Notes: generated by a model from the letters alone, not told the origin. Counted from the stretch's first letter, positions 1 through 8,940 are shown. The stretch is DNA of 44,382 bases from Gammaproteobacteria bacterium (GCA_050740655.1 JBOIDW010000127.1:1-44382); one strand, 5' to 3'. Numbers and translations are program-made.

Positions 1-354
1 GGCGCAGTCCTGGCCATGGGGGCCGTGGGCGATGTGGGCCAGGCCGCGGAGCTGGCCGCGCTATTGGTGGGGGGAGCGCTGGCCGCCGGGAGCCACGCCG
101 TCAAGGCCGGAAGCCGGGTCGTGATCAACGCCTCACCGGAACCATTCAGCAACTGGATCGCATCGGTCAGTGAGGACGCCATGGTGATCGCCGGGGTCTG
201 GAGCGCCCTGTATCACCCGTGGGTGTTCCTGGTAGCCCTACTGATATTCATCTTGCTGGCCGCCTGGCTGTTACCGCGCATCGCCAGAGGCATCCAACGG
301 CTATTCAGTTCCATCGCTGCGTTATTCCGGCGCACCGGCGAGAAAGGCACGTGA
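1..354 (+). CDS. DUF4126-like integral membrane protein, C-terminal fragment (5' end lies outside the window)
   Basis: Frame 1 is open from nt 1, so the ATG at 16 need not be the start. The product has hydrophobic helices flanking ...HAVKAGSRVVINASPEPFSNWIASVSEDA..., a pattern I associate with DUF4126. The family call is from memory only. Confidence 0.6.
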   Translation, partial: GAVLAMGAVGDVGQAAELAALLVGGALAAGSHAVKAGSRVVINASPEPFSNWIASVSEDAMVIAGVWSALYHPWVFLVALLIFILLAAWLLPRIARGIQRLFSSIAALFRRTGEKGT

Positions 355-748
355 ACCGTTAGCAAATGGCCTGGCCAGGACTGCGGGTAGAGGGTGTGCC
401 TTAAAGGTCATGGGCCACATGCGCCACTGACCTGCGGGCCCCGTGCGCACGGTCCAGCGGGAAACGCCAGAGCTCGCCTTGAGGTGTTGATTACCTCCAC
501 GGGGTGGCCGGGTATTCCATCCGACTGGCGTATCGCTCCCGTCTCCAGCGGGCTTTGCCACCGATGTTCCCCATGTCGCCTACGTCACCGTTCACTGCGA
601 CGCTGCGGTGCGCTATCCTAGTAAGGCGAAATCTCCGGTCCGGCGTTTGGGCATGGCGCAGTTTCCAGCCCCGTCGCCGGGGCTCGCACCGCGGTAACTG
701 CAATTACTGCGGTAACTACAATAAAAGTAACCTTGGAGGATGCAGACC

Positions 749-1384
749 ATGATTGACGCGATACAAGATGTGGTGAAGAAGGTGGTGGATTTCCTCGCTA
801 ACTACGGGCTCGACAGGTTGGAACGGGCCTTGATCCTGGGGGGGGCACTGGTCCTCGTCTTGGCCCTTATTACCGGCAGCATCAGCGGCTCGATGAACTG
901 GTTCAGCTTTTTATTCCGCTGGGGGCACGTGCTCTCCGGCATCATGTGGATCGGGCTCCTCTACTATTTCAATTTTGTCCAGATCCCTTGCATGCCCCAG
1001 ATCCCGGAAGAGCAGAAGCCCGCCATCAGCAAGGTCATCGCCCCGGCCGCCCTGTTCTGGTTTCGCTGGGCGGCGCTCTCCACGCTGGTGACCGGGCTCA
1101 TCCTGGCGATGCTGAACGGATACTTTTTCAAGGCCTTGTTGCTCGGCATCTTCTGGGGCCTGGATGGACTTTACATCGGCCTCGGCATGTGGCTGGGGGT
1201 GATCATGGCCTACAATGTCTGGATGATCATCTGGCCAAACCAACAGAAGGCACTCGGCCTGGTCCCTGCCAGCGATGACGAGAAGAAAGCCGCTGCGCGC
1301 CTGGCCATGCTGACCAGCCGGCTTAATACGGCGCTCTCCATCCCCATGCTGTACTTCATGGTGGCGCAGCAAAACCTCGCCTAA
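749..1384 (+). CDS. Polytopic inner-membrane protein (possibly urate hydroxylase PuuD N-terminal-domain-like family)
   Basis: 211-aa ORF with about 5 hydrophobic helices and the motif HVLSGIMWIGLLYYFNFVQIP. GGAGG at 735-739 sits 9 nt before ATG 749 and only 0 nt before the ORF-track ATG 740, so 749 is the preferred start. The family assignment is tentative. Confidence 0.75.
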   Translation: MIDAIQDVVKKVVDFLANYGLDRLERALILGGALVLVLALITGSISGSMNWFSFLFRWGHVLSGIMWIGLLYYFNFVQIPCMPQIPEEQKPAISKVIAPAALFWFRWAALSTLVTGLILAMLNGYFFKALLLGIFWGLDGLYIGLGMWLGVIMAYNVWMIIWPNQQKALGLVPASDDEKKAAARLAMLTSRLNTALSIPMLYFMVAQQNLA

Positions 1385-1424
1385 CCCATTCCGCACGCCC
1401 CCGAGCGCCCCGGCGTGAGCCGCT

Positions 1425-1447
1425 GGGGGCACCTCGGGGGTGCCCCC
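1425..1447 (+). terminator. GC-rich hairpin downstream of the membrane-protein gene (no U-tract)
   Basis: GGGGGCACC (1425-1433) pairs perfectly with GGTGCCCCC (1439-1447) across a 5-nt loop, 40 nt after the stop at 1384. It is followed by tacctcgcc, so it is not a canonical intrinsic terminator. Confidence 0.4.
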
Positions 1448-1647
1448 TACCTCGCCATCACTACCGCTGGACTCACCAGGTGCAAAGTGATGGCGTTAGC
1501 CATTATAATTAAAGTGTTGTATAAGATGAGCAACGTAACCTACGGCTACGAGGGTAGGTTTGTTAGGGTACGAGCATAGTGCAGCGACGCGCTGCCTACC
1601 CCGGTGGGACAGGCGGCGCCCAACTTCAGAAACCAGGAGACAAGGTA

Positions 1648-2016
1648 ATGACACCATCACATCGATACAGCGTTCTTGGCGCCTATGTGCTGGGCGCCGC
1701 ATTGGGCGCCGCGGGACTGGGAATTGCGCTGGACAGCCACGCGCAGGATATGACACAGACGAACATAGACTCGGGCCCGGCCACCGTCGGCGCTGTTCGC
1801 GAGGAAGCGCCGGATTTCTTCCATATGATGGCGGATTTCTTGATTGCACGCCCGGCGATGGTTGCCATGACGGCGGCAGGCACGGGGTTCTTCCTGGCCT
1901 CGTTACCGGTCAGCGTGATTGGCGGGAACGTCGATGAAGCGGCGCAGCGTTTGGTGGTGGAGCCCGCCAGCTACGTCGTCAATCCCTGCCTGGGCTGTCT
2001 GCCTTACGGAAGATAG
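1648..2016 (+). CDS. Hypothetical small exported/membrane protein
   Basis: ATG 1648 is preceded by aggagacaagg (SD-like). The N-terminus MTPSHRYSVLGAYVLGAALGAAGLGIALDSHAQD looks like a signal peptide, and there is a second hydrophobic segment (TAAGTGFFLASLPVSVIGG). Codon third positions are GC-biased like the neighbours. The ORF-track start at 1579 is probably an upstream extension. Confidence 0.6.
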   Translation: MTPSHRYSVLGAYVLGAALGAAGLGIALDSHAQDMTQTNIDSGPATVGAVREEAPDFFHMMADFLIARPAMVAMTAAGTGFFLASLPVSVIGGNVDEAAQRLVVEPASYVVNPCLGCLPYGR

Positions 2017-3421
2017 GCAACGGCTCGGCGGCCGCGAGCCCGGTCCCGATCCAGGTCTCGAACGCGAGCGCCACCCGTAGACCGGGCTCGTTGTCACCGA
2101 GCGCCAGGGTGGCGCGATGCAGCTGCGCCACGGCCGCCACCAGGCTTAGCCCCAAGCCGCTACCGGGTTGACTGCGGCTGGCATCCAGGCGCACAAAGCG
2201 CTGGAGCACACGCGCCCGGTCGGACTCCGGGATCCCCGGCCCCGTGTCTCGTACCTCGAGCAGGGCCTGCGCGTCCTGTGCCGTCAGGGACACGCCGATG
2301 CGCCCGCCTCCAGGGGTGTATTTGATAGCGTTATCGACTAGATTGGCGAGGGCCTGGGCCAGCAACTGGCGGTGTCCACGCACCACGACCCCCGCTTGAA
2401 TATCGGTCGTCATCGCCAGCCCCTTGTCCTCGGCCAGCGGCGCGTAGAGCTCGACGGTATCGCTGGCCAGGACCGACAGATCGACCCCCTGCATGGCGAT
2501 CCCGGTCGCCCCCGACTCCGCCTGGGCGATGTGTAACAGGGCATTGACGGTCTGATTGAGGCGCTCGGTCTCGGCCAGCGCCGTGGCCAATGCCTCGCGA
2601 TAGTCCGCCAGGCTGGGCGTCCCCGCCGAGACCATCTCGATATGGCCGCGCAAGCGCGTCAAAGGACCGCGCAGGTCATGCGCGACGCTGTCGATCACGG
2701 TGCGCATCCCCGCAGTGAGTTGTTCGATCTGATCGAGCATGCGATTGACGTTTTGCGACACGCGATCGAATTCATCGCCGATCCCGTACCAAGGCAGACG
2801 CTTGCTCAAATCGCCCTGAATGATCCGGTCCGTGGCCTGGGCGATCTCGTCGACCCGCCGCAGGGTATTGCTGCCGACCAGCACACCGCCGAGCGCACTT
2901 AAGACCATCATAATCAGTATCGACGCGATGAGGCTGCGCGTGATGCTGGCGCGGAAGCTGACTTGGCCTTGCACGTCGCGGCCGACCAGCAGCCGGTACC
3001 CGTTGGCGAGATCGAAGACCCGTGCGCGCGCCGCGTGCCGCACCGTTCCGCCGCGCCCTTCCATCTGCACGGTAAACTCCAACCAGCCATCCAGACCGGG
3101 CTCCACCTCCGGCCATACGCCGAGATTGCCGCTCAGGGGTTGACCCTGGTTATTGACCAGCAGGTACAGGGCGCCGTTACCCGTCCCTTCCTCGGCACGG
3201 CCGGCAACCTCACCCACAAGATGCGCCACGCCATGTACCTCCATCTGTTCGGCGAGTCCGCGGTAATCGGCAGCGATGCCCTTGTCGGTCTCGGCCTCGA
3301 TGAAGTGTGCCGCGGCGTTGTATATATGGGCGAGCAAGACCCCGGCGGACAGCGCGAACACGGCCAGATAGAGGGCCGAGAGCCGCGACATCGAGGTCTG
3401 CAACAGCCTAGGCGTCCGCAC
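1979..3421 (-). CDS. Sensor histidine kinase (two TM segments, periplasmic domain, HAMP, HisKA, HATPase_c)
   Basis: H-box SVAHDLRGPLTRL, N-box LANLVDNAIKYTP, G-boxes DTGPGIP and GSGLGLSLV, and two hydrophobic segments bracketing a domain of about 150 aa. The start is either GTG 3421, overlapping the regulator gene by 14 nt, or ATG 3391. Confidence 0.92.
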   Translation of the reverse strand: MRTPRLLQTSMSRLSALYLAVFALSAGVLLAHIYNAAAHFIEAETDKGIAADYRGLAEQMEVHGVAHLVGEVAGRAEEGTGNGALYLLVNNQGQPLSGNLGVWPEVEPGLDGWLEFTVQMEGRGGTVRHAARARVFDLANGYRLLVGRDVQGQVSFRASITRSLIASILIMMVLSALGGVLVGSNTLRRVDEIAQATDRIIQGDLSKRLPWYGIGDEFDRVSQNVNRMLDQIEQLTAGMRTVIDSVAHDLRGPLTRLRGHIEMVSAGTPSLADYREALATALAETERLNQTVNALLHIAQAESGATGIAMQGVDLSVLASDTVELYAPLAEDKGLAMTTDIQAGVVVRGHRQLLAQALANLVDNAIKYTPGGGRIGVSLTAQDAQALLEVRDTGPGIPESDRARVLQRFVRLDASRSQPGSGLGLSLVAAVAQLHRATLALGDNEPGLRVALAFETWIGTGLAAAEPLPIFRKADSPGRD

Positions 3422-4085
3422 GCAGTGCGTATCCGGCGCCGCGGATGGTATGCAGCAACGGCCTGTCGAATCCCTTGTCGATCTTATGCCGTAGGCGGCT
3501 GATATGTACGTCGATGACGTTGGTCTGGGGATCGAAGTGGTAATCCCACACCCCTTCCAGGAGCATGGTCCGGGTCACTACCTGCCCGGCATGGCGCATC
3601 AGGTATTCGAGCAGCTTGAACTCCCGCGCCTGCAAGTCGATCCGCTGGCCGGCACGGCTTACGGTGCGGCTGAGGATGTCCATCTCCAGATCCGCGACCT
3701 GGAGCTTCAGCACCGGGGCGCCGCTCTGGCCGCGCCGCAGCAGCACCTCGATGCGCGCCAGCAACTCAACGACCGCATAGGGTTTGGTGAGATAATCATC
3801 GCCGCCCTCGCGCAGGCCCCGGACCCGGTCATCGACCTGGGCCAGCGCACTCAGGATCAGGATCGGCGTCGTATGGCCCTTGCCACGCAGTCGTTGGATG
3901 ATGCTGAGCCCGTCCAAGCCGGGCAACATGCGATCGACGATGAGCAGGTCGAAGGGCTCGCCCTCGGCACGAAACAGGCCGTCTTGCCCGTCGGCGGCAT
4001 GCTCGACCGTATAGCCAGCTTCGCGCAGGCCCTTGCTGAGGTAGGCGGCCGCCTCCCGGTCGTCTTCTATCAACAGTATCCGCAT
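3408..4085 (-). CDS. OmpR/PhoB-family response regulator (receiver + winged-helix DNA-binding domain)
   Basis: MRILLIEDD...DLLIVDRMLPGLDG...LTKPY is a receiver domain. The C-terminal ...LTRTEFKLLEYL-like REFKLLEYLMRHAGQVVTRTML...RLRHKID...IRGAGYAL is a winged helix. It lies directly upstream of the kinase gene. Confidence 0.95.
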   Translation of the reverse strand: MRILLIEDDREAAAYLSKGLREAGYTVEHAADGQDGLFRAEGEPFDLLIVDRMLPGLDGLSIIQRLRGKGHTTPILILSALAQVDDRVRGLREGGDDYLTKPYAVVELLARIEVLLRRGQSGAPVLKLQVADLEMDILSRTVSRAGQRIDLQAREFKLLEYLMRHAGQVVTRTMLLEGVWDYHFDPQTNVIDVHISRLRHKIDKGFDRPLLHTIRGAGYALRADA

Positions 4086-4174
4086 CGGTGCATTACGAAT
4101 AATTAATCACGGGTTAACTCTCATGAAAGGCCGACGCCTATATTCTTGTCCCCAGCCTCGTTTTTCTAGTTGTG

Positions 4175-5353
4175 TCACTTCATATGACGGGAGGCCGAAA
4201 CAGGCCTCCCGTTTTCTTTTTCCCTCACGCCGTTTTCGTATTCGACCGCGTGGCTGCTATGACTGCTCCCCGGCACGCGCTCCAACAGTACGGTAAAAAA
4301 CCTCTGGTAAGCGCGTTTGCGGTGCTCGGAAATATAACCGAGAACCACCACACACAACACGGTCGAGCCGAATAACAAGGCATGGCGCCAGGCATCGCCA
4401 CGGCCGCTCCCGTACACGGCAGCGAAGAATTGCAGCAACGGGTAGTGGAACAGGTACATCGAAAACGTAAAACCGGCCCAGTAGCGGATGGGCCGCTCGA
4501 TGCGCCGGAGGACCCCACCCAGGCGCTCCCCCAAGGCCTGGGCGCCGACAAAATTCATGGCGATGAGCACGGCGTAGGCCTGGCTGATGACGAATTCGTC
4601 GGACCATCGCAACTGCTTGAGTACGAAGTCCGGCCCCAGTACCGCCAAGGTCCACTCCCGTACAGCGATATCCCAGCCCGTGGTCTTGATCACGGGATAG
4701 ACCACGAACGGCGCGAGGAACAGCACCGACGCGAGCCACGGCGGGACCACGGAGCGGCGGTTGTAGTGATAGGTCCAGACCCCCAGTAACCATACCGGGA
4801 GCTGTAACAAGACCTTGGGGCCGATAACGAGACCGGCAAGCACAAGCAACAGTGCACGGCGCCGGCCGCGCAGATAATAGGCGATGCCGAACAAGGCGTA
4901 GTACCAGAATTCATAACCCAGGGACCAGTAAGGCCCATTGCTAAACGGCCGGACCGAGTTGAACCACAATTGGTTGACGAAAAACAGATTGGCGAGAAAC
5001 CGCCCCAGCGGTCCGTCCCCGGCGTACCACCAGCCCTTGTAGTGCCCGGGGTCGATGCGCTGACCGATTTGGTCAAGCACGACGGTAACGACCAAAGCCG
5101 GCAAGGCCACTGAATAAAGCCGGGCCAGACGGCTTACGGTGTATTCACGCAGGTTGTGCTCGCGCTGCGCCGCGACATAGGCGATCACATAGCCGGACAA
5201 TACGAAGAACAAGACCACCGCGTCGCTGCCGAAACGCCGAAACACCAGATATTCGCCGCCCGAAATCCGCGCGTAACCGAAGTGCGACAGGAGCACCACG
5301 AAGGCGGCAAAGAATCGGACCAGATCGAGATACAGCGAAACGGCGGGGGTCAT
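4175..5353 (-). CDS. Acyltransferase family 3 (OafA/YrhL-like) integral membrane protein
   Basis: 392 aa with about 10 TM segments. The N-terminal LDLVRFFAAFVVLLSHFG... is typical of acyltransferase_3. Confidence 0.88.
   Translation of the reverse strand: MTPAVSLYLDLVRFFAAFVVLLSHFGYARISGGEYLVFRRFGSDAVVLFFVLSGYVIAYVAAQREHNLREYTVSRLARLYSVALPALVVTVVLDQIGQRIDPGHYKGWWYAGDGPLGRFLANLFFVNQLWFNSVRPFSNGPYWSLGYEFWYYALFGIAYYLRGRRRALLLVLAGLVIGPKVLLQLPVWLLGVWTYHYNRRSVVPPWLASVLFLAPFVVYPVIKTTGWDIAVREWTLAVLGPDFVLKQLRWSDEFVISQAYAVLIAMNFVGAQALGERLGGVLRRIERPIRYWAGFTFSMYLFHYPLLQFFAAVYGSGRGDAWRHALLFGSTVLCVVVLGYISEHRKRAYQRFFTVLLERVPGSSHSSHAVEYENGVREKENGRPVSASRHMK
4189..4221 (+). terminator. Canonical intrinsic-terminator structure oriented for the + strand, embedded in the last codons of the minus-strand acyltransferase gene
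   Basis: GGGAGGCC (4189-4196) / loop gaaaca / GGCCTCCC (4203-4210), followed by gttttcttttt (4211-4221). No A-tract lies upstream of the stem, so it is unidirectional for + strand transcripts. Confidence 0.5.
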
Positions 5354-5381
5354 ACAAGACGCAATCGTGGCGTAGTGCTAT

Positions 5382-6926
5382 CTAATCCGAGCTCACGCTT
5401 CCTCGCTCTATCCGGTAGACGAAAAAATCGCCCGCCCGCGGCAGCAGGGCGGCATAGCCCGCCGATTGGAATACGCTGCTGGTCGAGCGCGGCTCCAGCA
5501 GCAAGGGCACCAAGGCGCCGTACGGCTGCGCCAGATCGATCCTCAAGGCCCCCGGAGCGAGCGCTAAGTTGACCGAATGTGCCGCGGTGTTCTTCATGGT
5601 CACCGCCTGCGTGCCGATCAGGTGCACTACCGAGTCCTCCAGCATACGCTGCGCGACGGCCGGGGTCTCGATCGCCCGATCCACCGCGCGATAGCGGATC
5701 CCCTGGCGATCGAACACCGGTTTGAGCTGCTCGGCGTGCTGGGTGATCACGTAGGCCGCGGGCCGTGTCAGCGGCGGATCGGCCTGCACCGCGCGGTGAT
5801 CGGCGAACCATTGCGGCACGCGCTCGCCGTTGTCGATACGCACCAGGTGAATGGCCACCCGCGGATGCTGCTGGTCCGGTTGATAGCCGGCGTAGAGCGT
5901 GGTCGGCACCGAACGATTGGGCCTCCGCATCGCCGCCACCCGCGCCAGGATCTCCTGGCGATAAGACTGCACGACTTCCAGAAAACTCACAATGCTGATG
6001 AGTTGCTTATTGGCGCGCGCCCGGATGTTTCTATAGCTGGCATACTGGCCCGCGCGCGGGTCGAGCCGATTCTCGACGAGAAAGGAAAATGCGCCGAGGA
6101 AACCGGCCTTGTTACGCAGATTCTTCAGCGATAGGCCGCCGTTGGTGACCGGCTGCCGGGTGCTGGTGATCTCGCCGATATAGCGCTCGGCAGGCAGCCC
6201 GCGGGCGCGGCAGCGTTCCAGGATCGCGGGCAGCAAGCGCTCCAAGCTCAGTGCTCGCACCTCGGCATCGACGTTGGGGTTGTTGGCAATCTCGAACTGC
6301 GCCTCGAAGTCGGTCATGAACCCCTCTCGTCCGAGAGACTTGGCCTTGAAGACCGCCGACTCATGCACGTCCAGCACCATCTCGGGCCGCTCGCGCAGCA
6401 GGAGATCGTTCAGGACCCGGCTCTCGGGTTGCGAAAGCAGTACGAAATCGGTGCTGAGATTCACCCCGTTGGCGTTGACCCGCCGGTGGAGATCGCGCCC
6501 GTCGGGATTGGCATTCGGCACCAGGATGAAATCGCCGTCCCGTAACAGGCTGCGCAGGCTACCGTGCAGGATCTCGCGCGCCACCACCAAGAGCGCCTCG
6601 CCGCCGGAGGGCTCGGTCCCATGTTGGGTGCCGACGAGTAGGACGGTGAGCCGTTCGGGCAGTGCCCCTGGCTGCAACGCGCCCGGCGCCTCGGAGATGA
6701 ACAGGGCGTCGATGACCCTGCCCCCTGCGGTGCGTCCGAGTATCTGGTAACGGGCGAGGGGCGAGCCTGCCTGCAAGCGCCGTAGATACGCGGAGACCGC
6801 ATCGGACGTAGAAATACGGGAAAATTCGGCGCGCTCGAGCGGAGTAGATAGATCCTCGTCAGCGTGCGTACGGATCATGAATAAACACGCGGCAAACAGG
6901 TATGCGAGCGCGTAGCGCAGACTCAT
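5382..6926 (-). CDS. Secreted M14-family zinc carboxypeptidase
   Basis: Zinc-binding HxxE (QHGTEPSGGE), LVPNANPDGRDL and NANGVNLSTDF motifs. ATG 6926 gives the signal peptide MSLRYALAYLFAACLFMIRTHA. The ORF-track extension to 7202 overlaps fadD and is rejected. Confidence 0.85.
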   Translation of the reverse strand: MSLRYALAYLFAACLFMIRTHADEDLSTPLERAEFSRISTSDAVSAYLRRLQAGSPLARYQILGRTAGGRVIDALFISEAPGALQPGALPERLTVLLVGTQHGTEPSGGEALLVVAREILHGSLRSLLRDGDFILVPNANPDGRDLHRRVNANGVNLSTDFVLLSQPESRVLNDLLLRERPEMVLDVHESAVFKAKSLGREGFMTDFEAQFEIANNPNVDAEVRALSLERLLPAILERCRARGLPAERYIGEITSTRQPVTNGGLSLKNLRNKAGFLGAFSFLVENRLDPRAGQYASYRNIRARANKQLISIVSFLEVVQSYRQEILARVAAMRRPNRSVPTTLYAGYQPDQQHPRVAIHLVRIDNGERVPQWFADHRAVQADPPLTRPAAYVITQHAEQLKPVFDRQGIRYRAVDRAIETPAVAQRMLEDSVVHLIGTQAVTMKNTAAHSVNLALAPGALRIDLAQPYGALVPLLLEPRSTSSVFQSAGYAALLPRAGDFFVYRIERGSVSSD

Positions 6927-7056
6927 TGACGTTCGCTGTACAGGCCGATGATCCTGCTCGGAGCTAGGTGAGTCGTTCCCTAGCCCTTTTCCTCCCCCTT
7001 CGGGTCCGAGTATCGACACGCCTGCCCGGAGCGCCGGCGACGCGACCTTGTCGCGT

Positions 7057-8748
7057 TTACGGTGCGCGTACCTCATCGCGCAGGATGCGTCGCAGGATCT
7101 TGCCGACGTTGCTCTTAGGCAACTGCTCGCGGAACACGATATGGTGCGGACGCTTGTAGCCCACCAGGTTTTGTTTACAGTAGGTGCGTAGCCCCGCCTC
7201 ATCCAAGGCCGGGTCTTTTCTTACCACGAAGACCTTGACCGCCTCACCCGTGTCGCTATCCGGCACACCGATAGCCGCCACCTCCAGCACCCCCGGATGC
7301 GCGGCGATAACCTCCTCGATCTCGTTGGGGAAAACATTGAAGCCCGAGACCAATATGAGGTCCTTCTTGCGATCGACGATCTTGAAATAGCCACGTTCAT
7401 CCATCACTGCGATGTCGCCAGTCCGTAGCCAACCGTCGGGGCTCAATACCTTAGCGGTCTCGTCCGGCCGTTGCCAATAACCCTGCATCACCTGTGGACC
7501 ACGCAGCCACAGCTCGCCAGGTATGCCGATACCGAGCGGCGCACCGTCATCGTCACGGACGCAGGCCTCGGTGGACGGTATGGGAAGGCCGATCGTTCCG
7601 CTGAATTCCTCCGCGTTCAGGGGATTGGCGCAGGCCAGCGGTGAGGTCTCGGTGAGCCCAAAGCCCTCGATCAGCGTACGCCCGGTCACCTCACGCCAGC
7701 GCTCGGCGACCACCCGTTGCACGGCCATGCCGCCGCCGATGGTGATCTTGAGTGACGAGAAATCCAGGGTCTCAAAACCCGGCGTATGCAGTAGGTGGTT
7801 GAACAACGTATTGACACCGGAGATGCAGGTGAAGTGCGAGCGCCTCAGCTCCTCGACGAAGGCCGGGAGATCGCGCGGATCGGTAATGAGACGGTTGAGG
7901 CCACCTAAGGCTACGTAGGTGAGGCAATTAATCGTGAAGGCAAAGATGTGATAGAGGGGGATGGCGGTCACTACCACGCCGCCGCCATTCTCATCCACCA
8001 CCGGGGCATGCCAAGCCAGTGATTGCAGGGTATTCGCAACCAGATTGCCATGCGTCAGCACGGCTGCTTTGGCGACCCCGGTCGTCCCGCCCGTGTATTG
8101 GAGCACGGCCGGGTCATCATGGCCTAGCGGATGGCGTACGAGCGCCTTACCCGCCCCGGCCTGCAAGGCCTCCAGAAAGCCGATCGCCCCAGGCAGTCGG
8201 TAAGGCCGTACCATGCGCCGGACGTGCTTCACGACGAGATTGGTCATGACCCTGCGCGGCCAACTGAGCAGGTCGCCGATCCGGCTTACGATCACATGGC
8301 GTAGCCCGGTCCCGGCCATGGCCTCAGCCAGGGTATGGGCCTGGTTTTCCAGAAGAATTATGGCAGCGGCGCCGGAATCGGCGAGCTGGTGATGCAGCTC
8401 GCGCGGGGTATACAGCGGGTTGGTATTGACCAGGACCAGTCCGGCCCGCAATACGCTAAAGGCCGCGACGGGGTACTGTAAAAGATTGGGCAACATGACC
8501 ACCACGCGTTCGCCGCGCTTCAACCCCAGCCCGTCTTGGAGGAATGCCGCGAGACTGCGGCTCATGCGGTCCAGCGCACCATAGCCGAGGGTACAGCCCA
8601 GGTTGTGAAAGGCCGGGCGCTCGGCGTGGCGTGCGAAGCTCTCCTCCAGCAGCGCGTTCAAGGACGCATAGCGCTGCACATCGATGTCGGCAGGCACCCC
8701 GGCCGGGTAACTCTTGAGCCAGATACGCTCGCCGTGAGCAACTGACAT
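7057..8748 (-). CDS. fadD: Long-chain-fatty-acid--CoA ligase
   Basis: Collinear with E. coli FadD from ...IWLKSYPAGVPADIDVQRYASL.... AMP-binding motifs YTGGTTGVAKAA, GFGLTETSP and LRTGDIAVMDERGYFKIVDRKKD are present. ATG 8748 gives 563 aa versus 561 in E. coli. An upstream ATG at 8802 is possible. Confidence 0.92.
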   Translation of the reverse strand: MSVAHGERIWLKSYPAGVPADIDVQRYASLNALLEESFARHAERPAFHNLGCTLGYGALDRMSRSLAAFLQDGLGLKRGERVVVMLPNLLQYPVAAFSVLRAGLVLVNTNPLYTPRELHHQLADSGAAAIILLENQAHTLAEAMAGTGLRHVIVSRIGDLLSWPRRVMTNLVVKHVRRMVRPYRLPGAIGFLEALQAGAGKALVRHPLGHDDPAVLQYTGGTTGVAKAAVLTHGNLVANTLQSLAWHAPVVDENGGGVVVTAIPLYHIFAFTINCLTYVALGGLNRLITDPRDLPAFVEELRRSHFTCISGVNTLFNHLLHTPGFETLDFSSLKITIGGGMAVQRVVAERWREVTGRTLIEGFGLTETSPLACANPLNAEEFSGTIGLPIPSTEACVRDDDGAPLGIGIPGELWLRGPQVMQGYWQRPDETAKVLSPDGWLRTGDIAVMDERGYFKIVDRKKDLILVSGFNVFPNEIEEVIAAHPGVLEVAAIGVPDSDTGEAVKVFVVRKDPALDEAGLRTYCKQNLVGYKRPHHIVFREQLPKSNVGKILRRILRDEVRAP

Positions 8749-8940
8749 CGGCTCCACTGCTACGCTCCCCGCCCCCTGATCGGACCGTACCGCTCTGCTC
8801 ATGGCCTAGCCTTACCCCCCGTAAAACCGAGATTCTAACGTAGAAACGAGAATCGATGTCCTGCCGGCTCTGTTGCAACTATAGGTCCAACGCCGATAAT
8901 GGGTCGCGGCATACGACTCCGCGACCGACCTCAGGATCGA

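Noticed and set aside
1504-1509. Perfect TATAAT in the AT-rich patch upstream of the small exported-protein gene
   Set aside because: The best -35 candidates (TGCAAA or GTGCAA at 17-18 nt) match only 3 of 6 positions, so I did not list it as a promoter feature.
6927-7202. N-terminal extensions of several ORF-track entries: M14 peptidase to 7202, hpt to 14528, SCO1-MauG to 31012, nusA from 15635, xerD from 26083, sppA from 36155, rne to 34847 and the kinase to 28360
   Set aside because: Each extension runs into the neighbouring well-supported gene, and each internal start reproduces the conserved N-terminus or a signal peptide.
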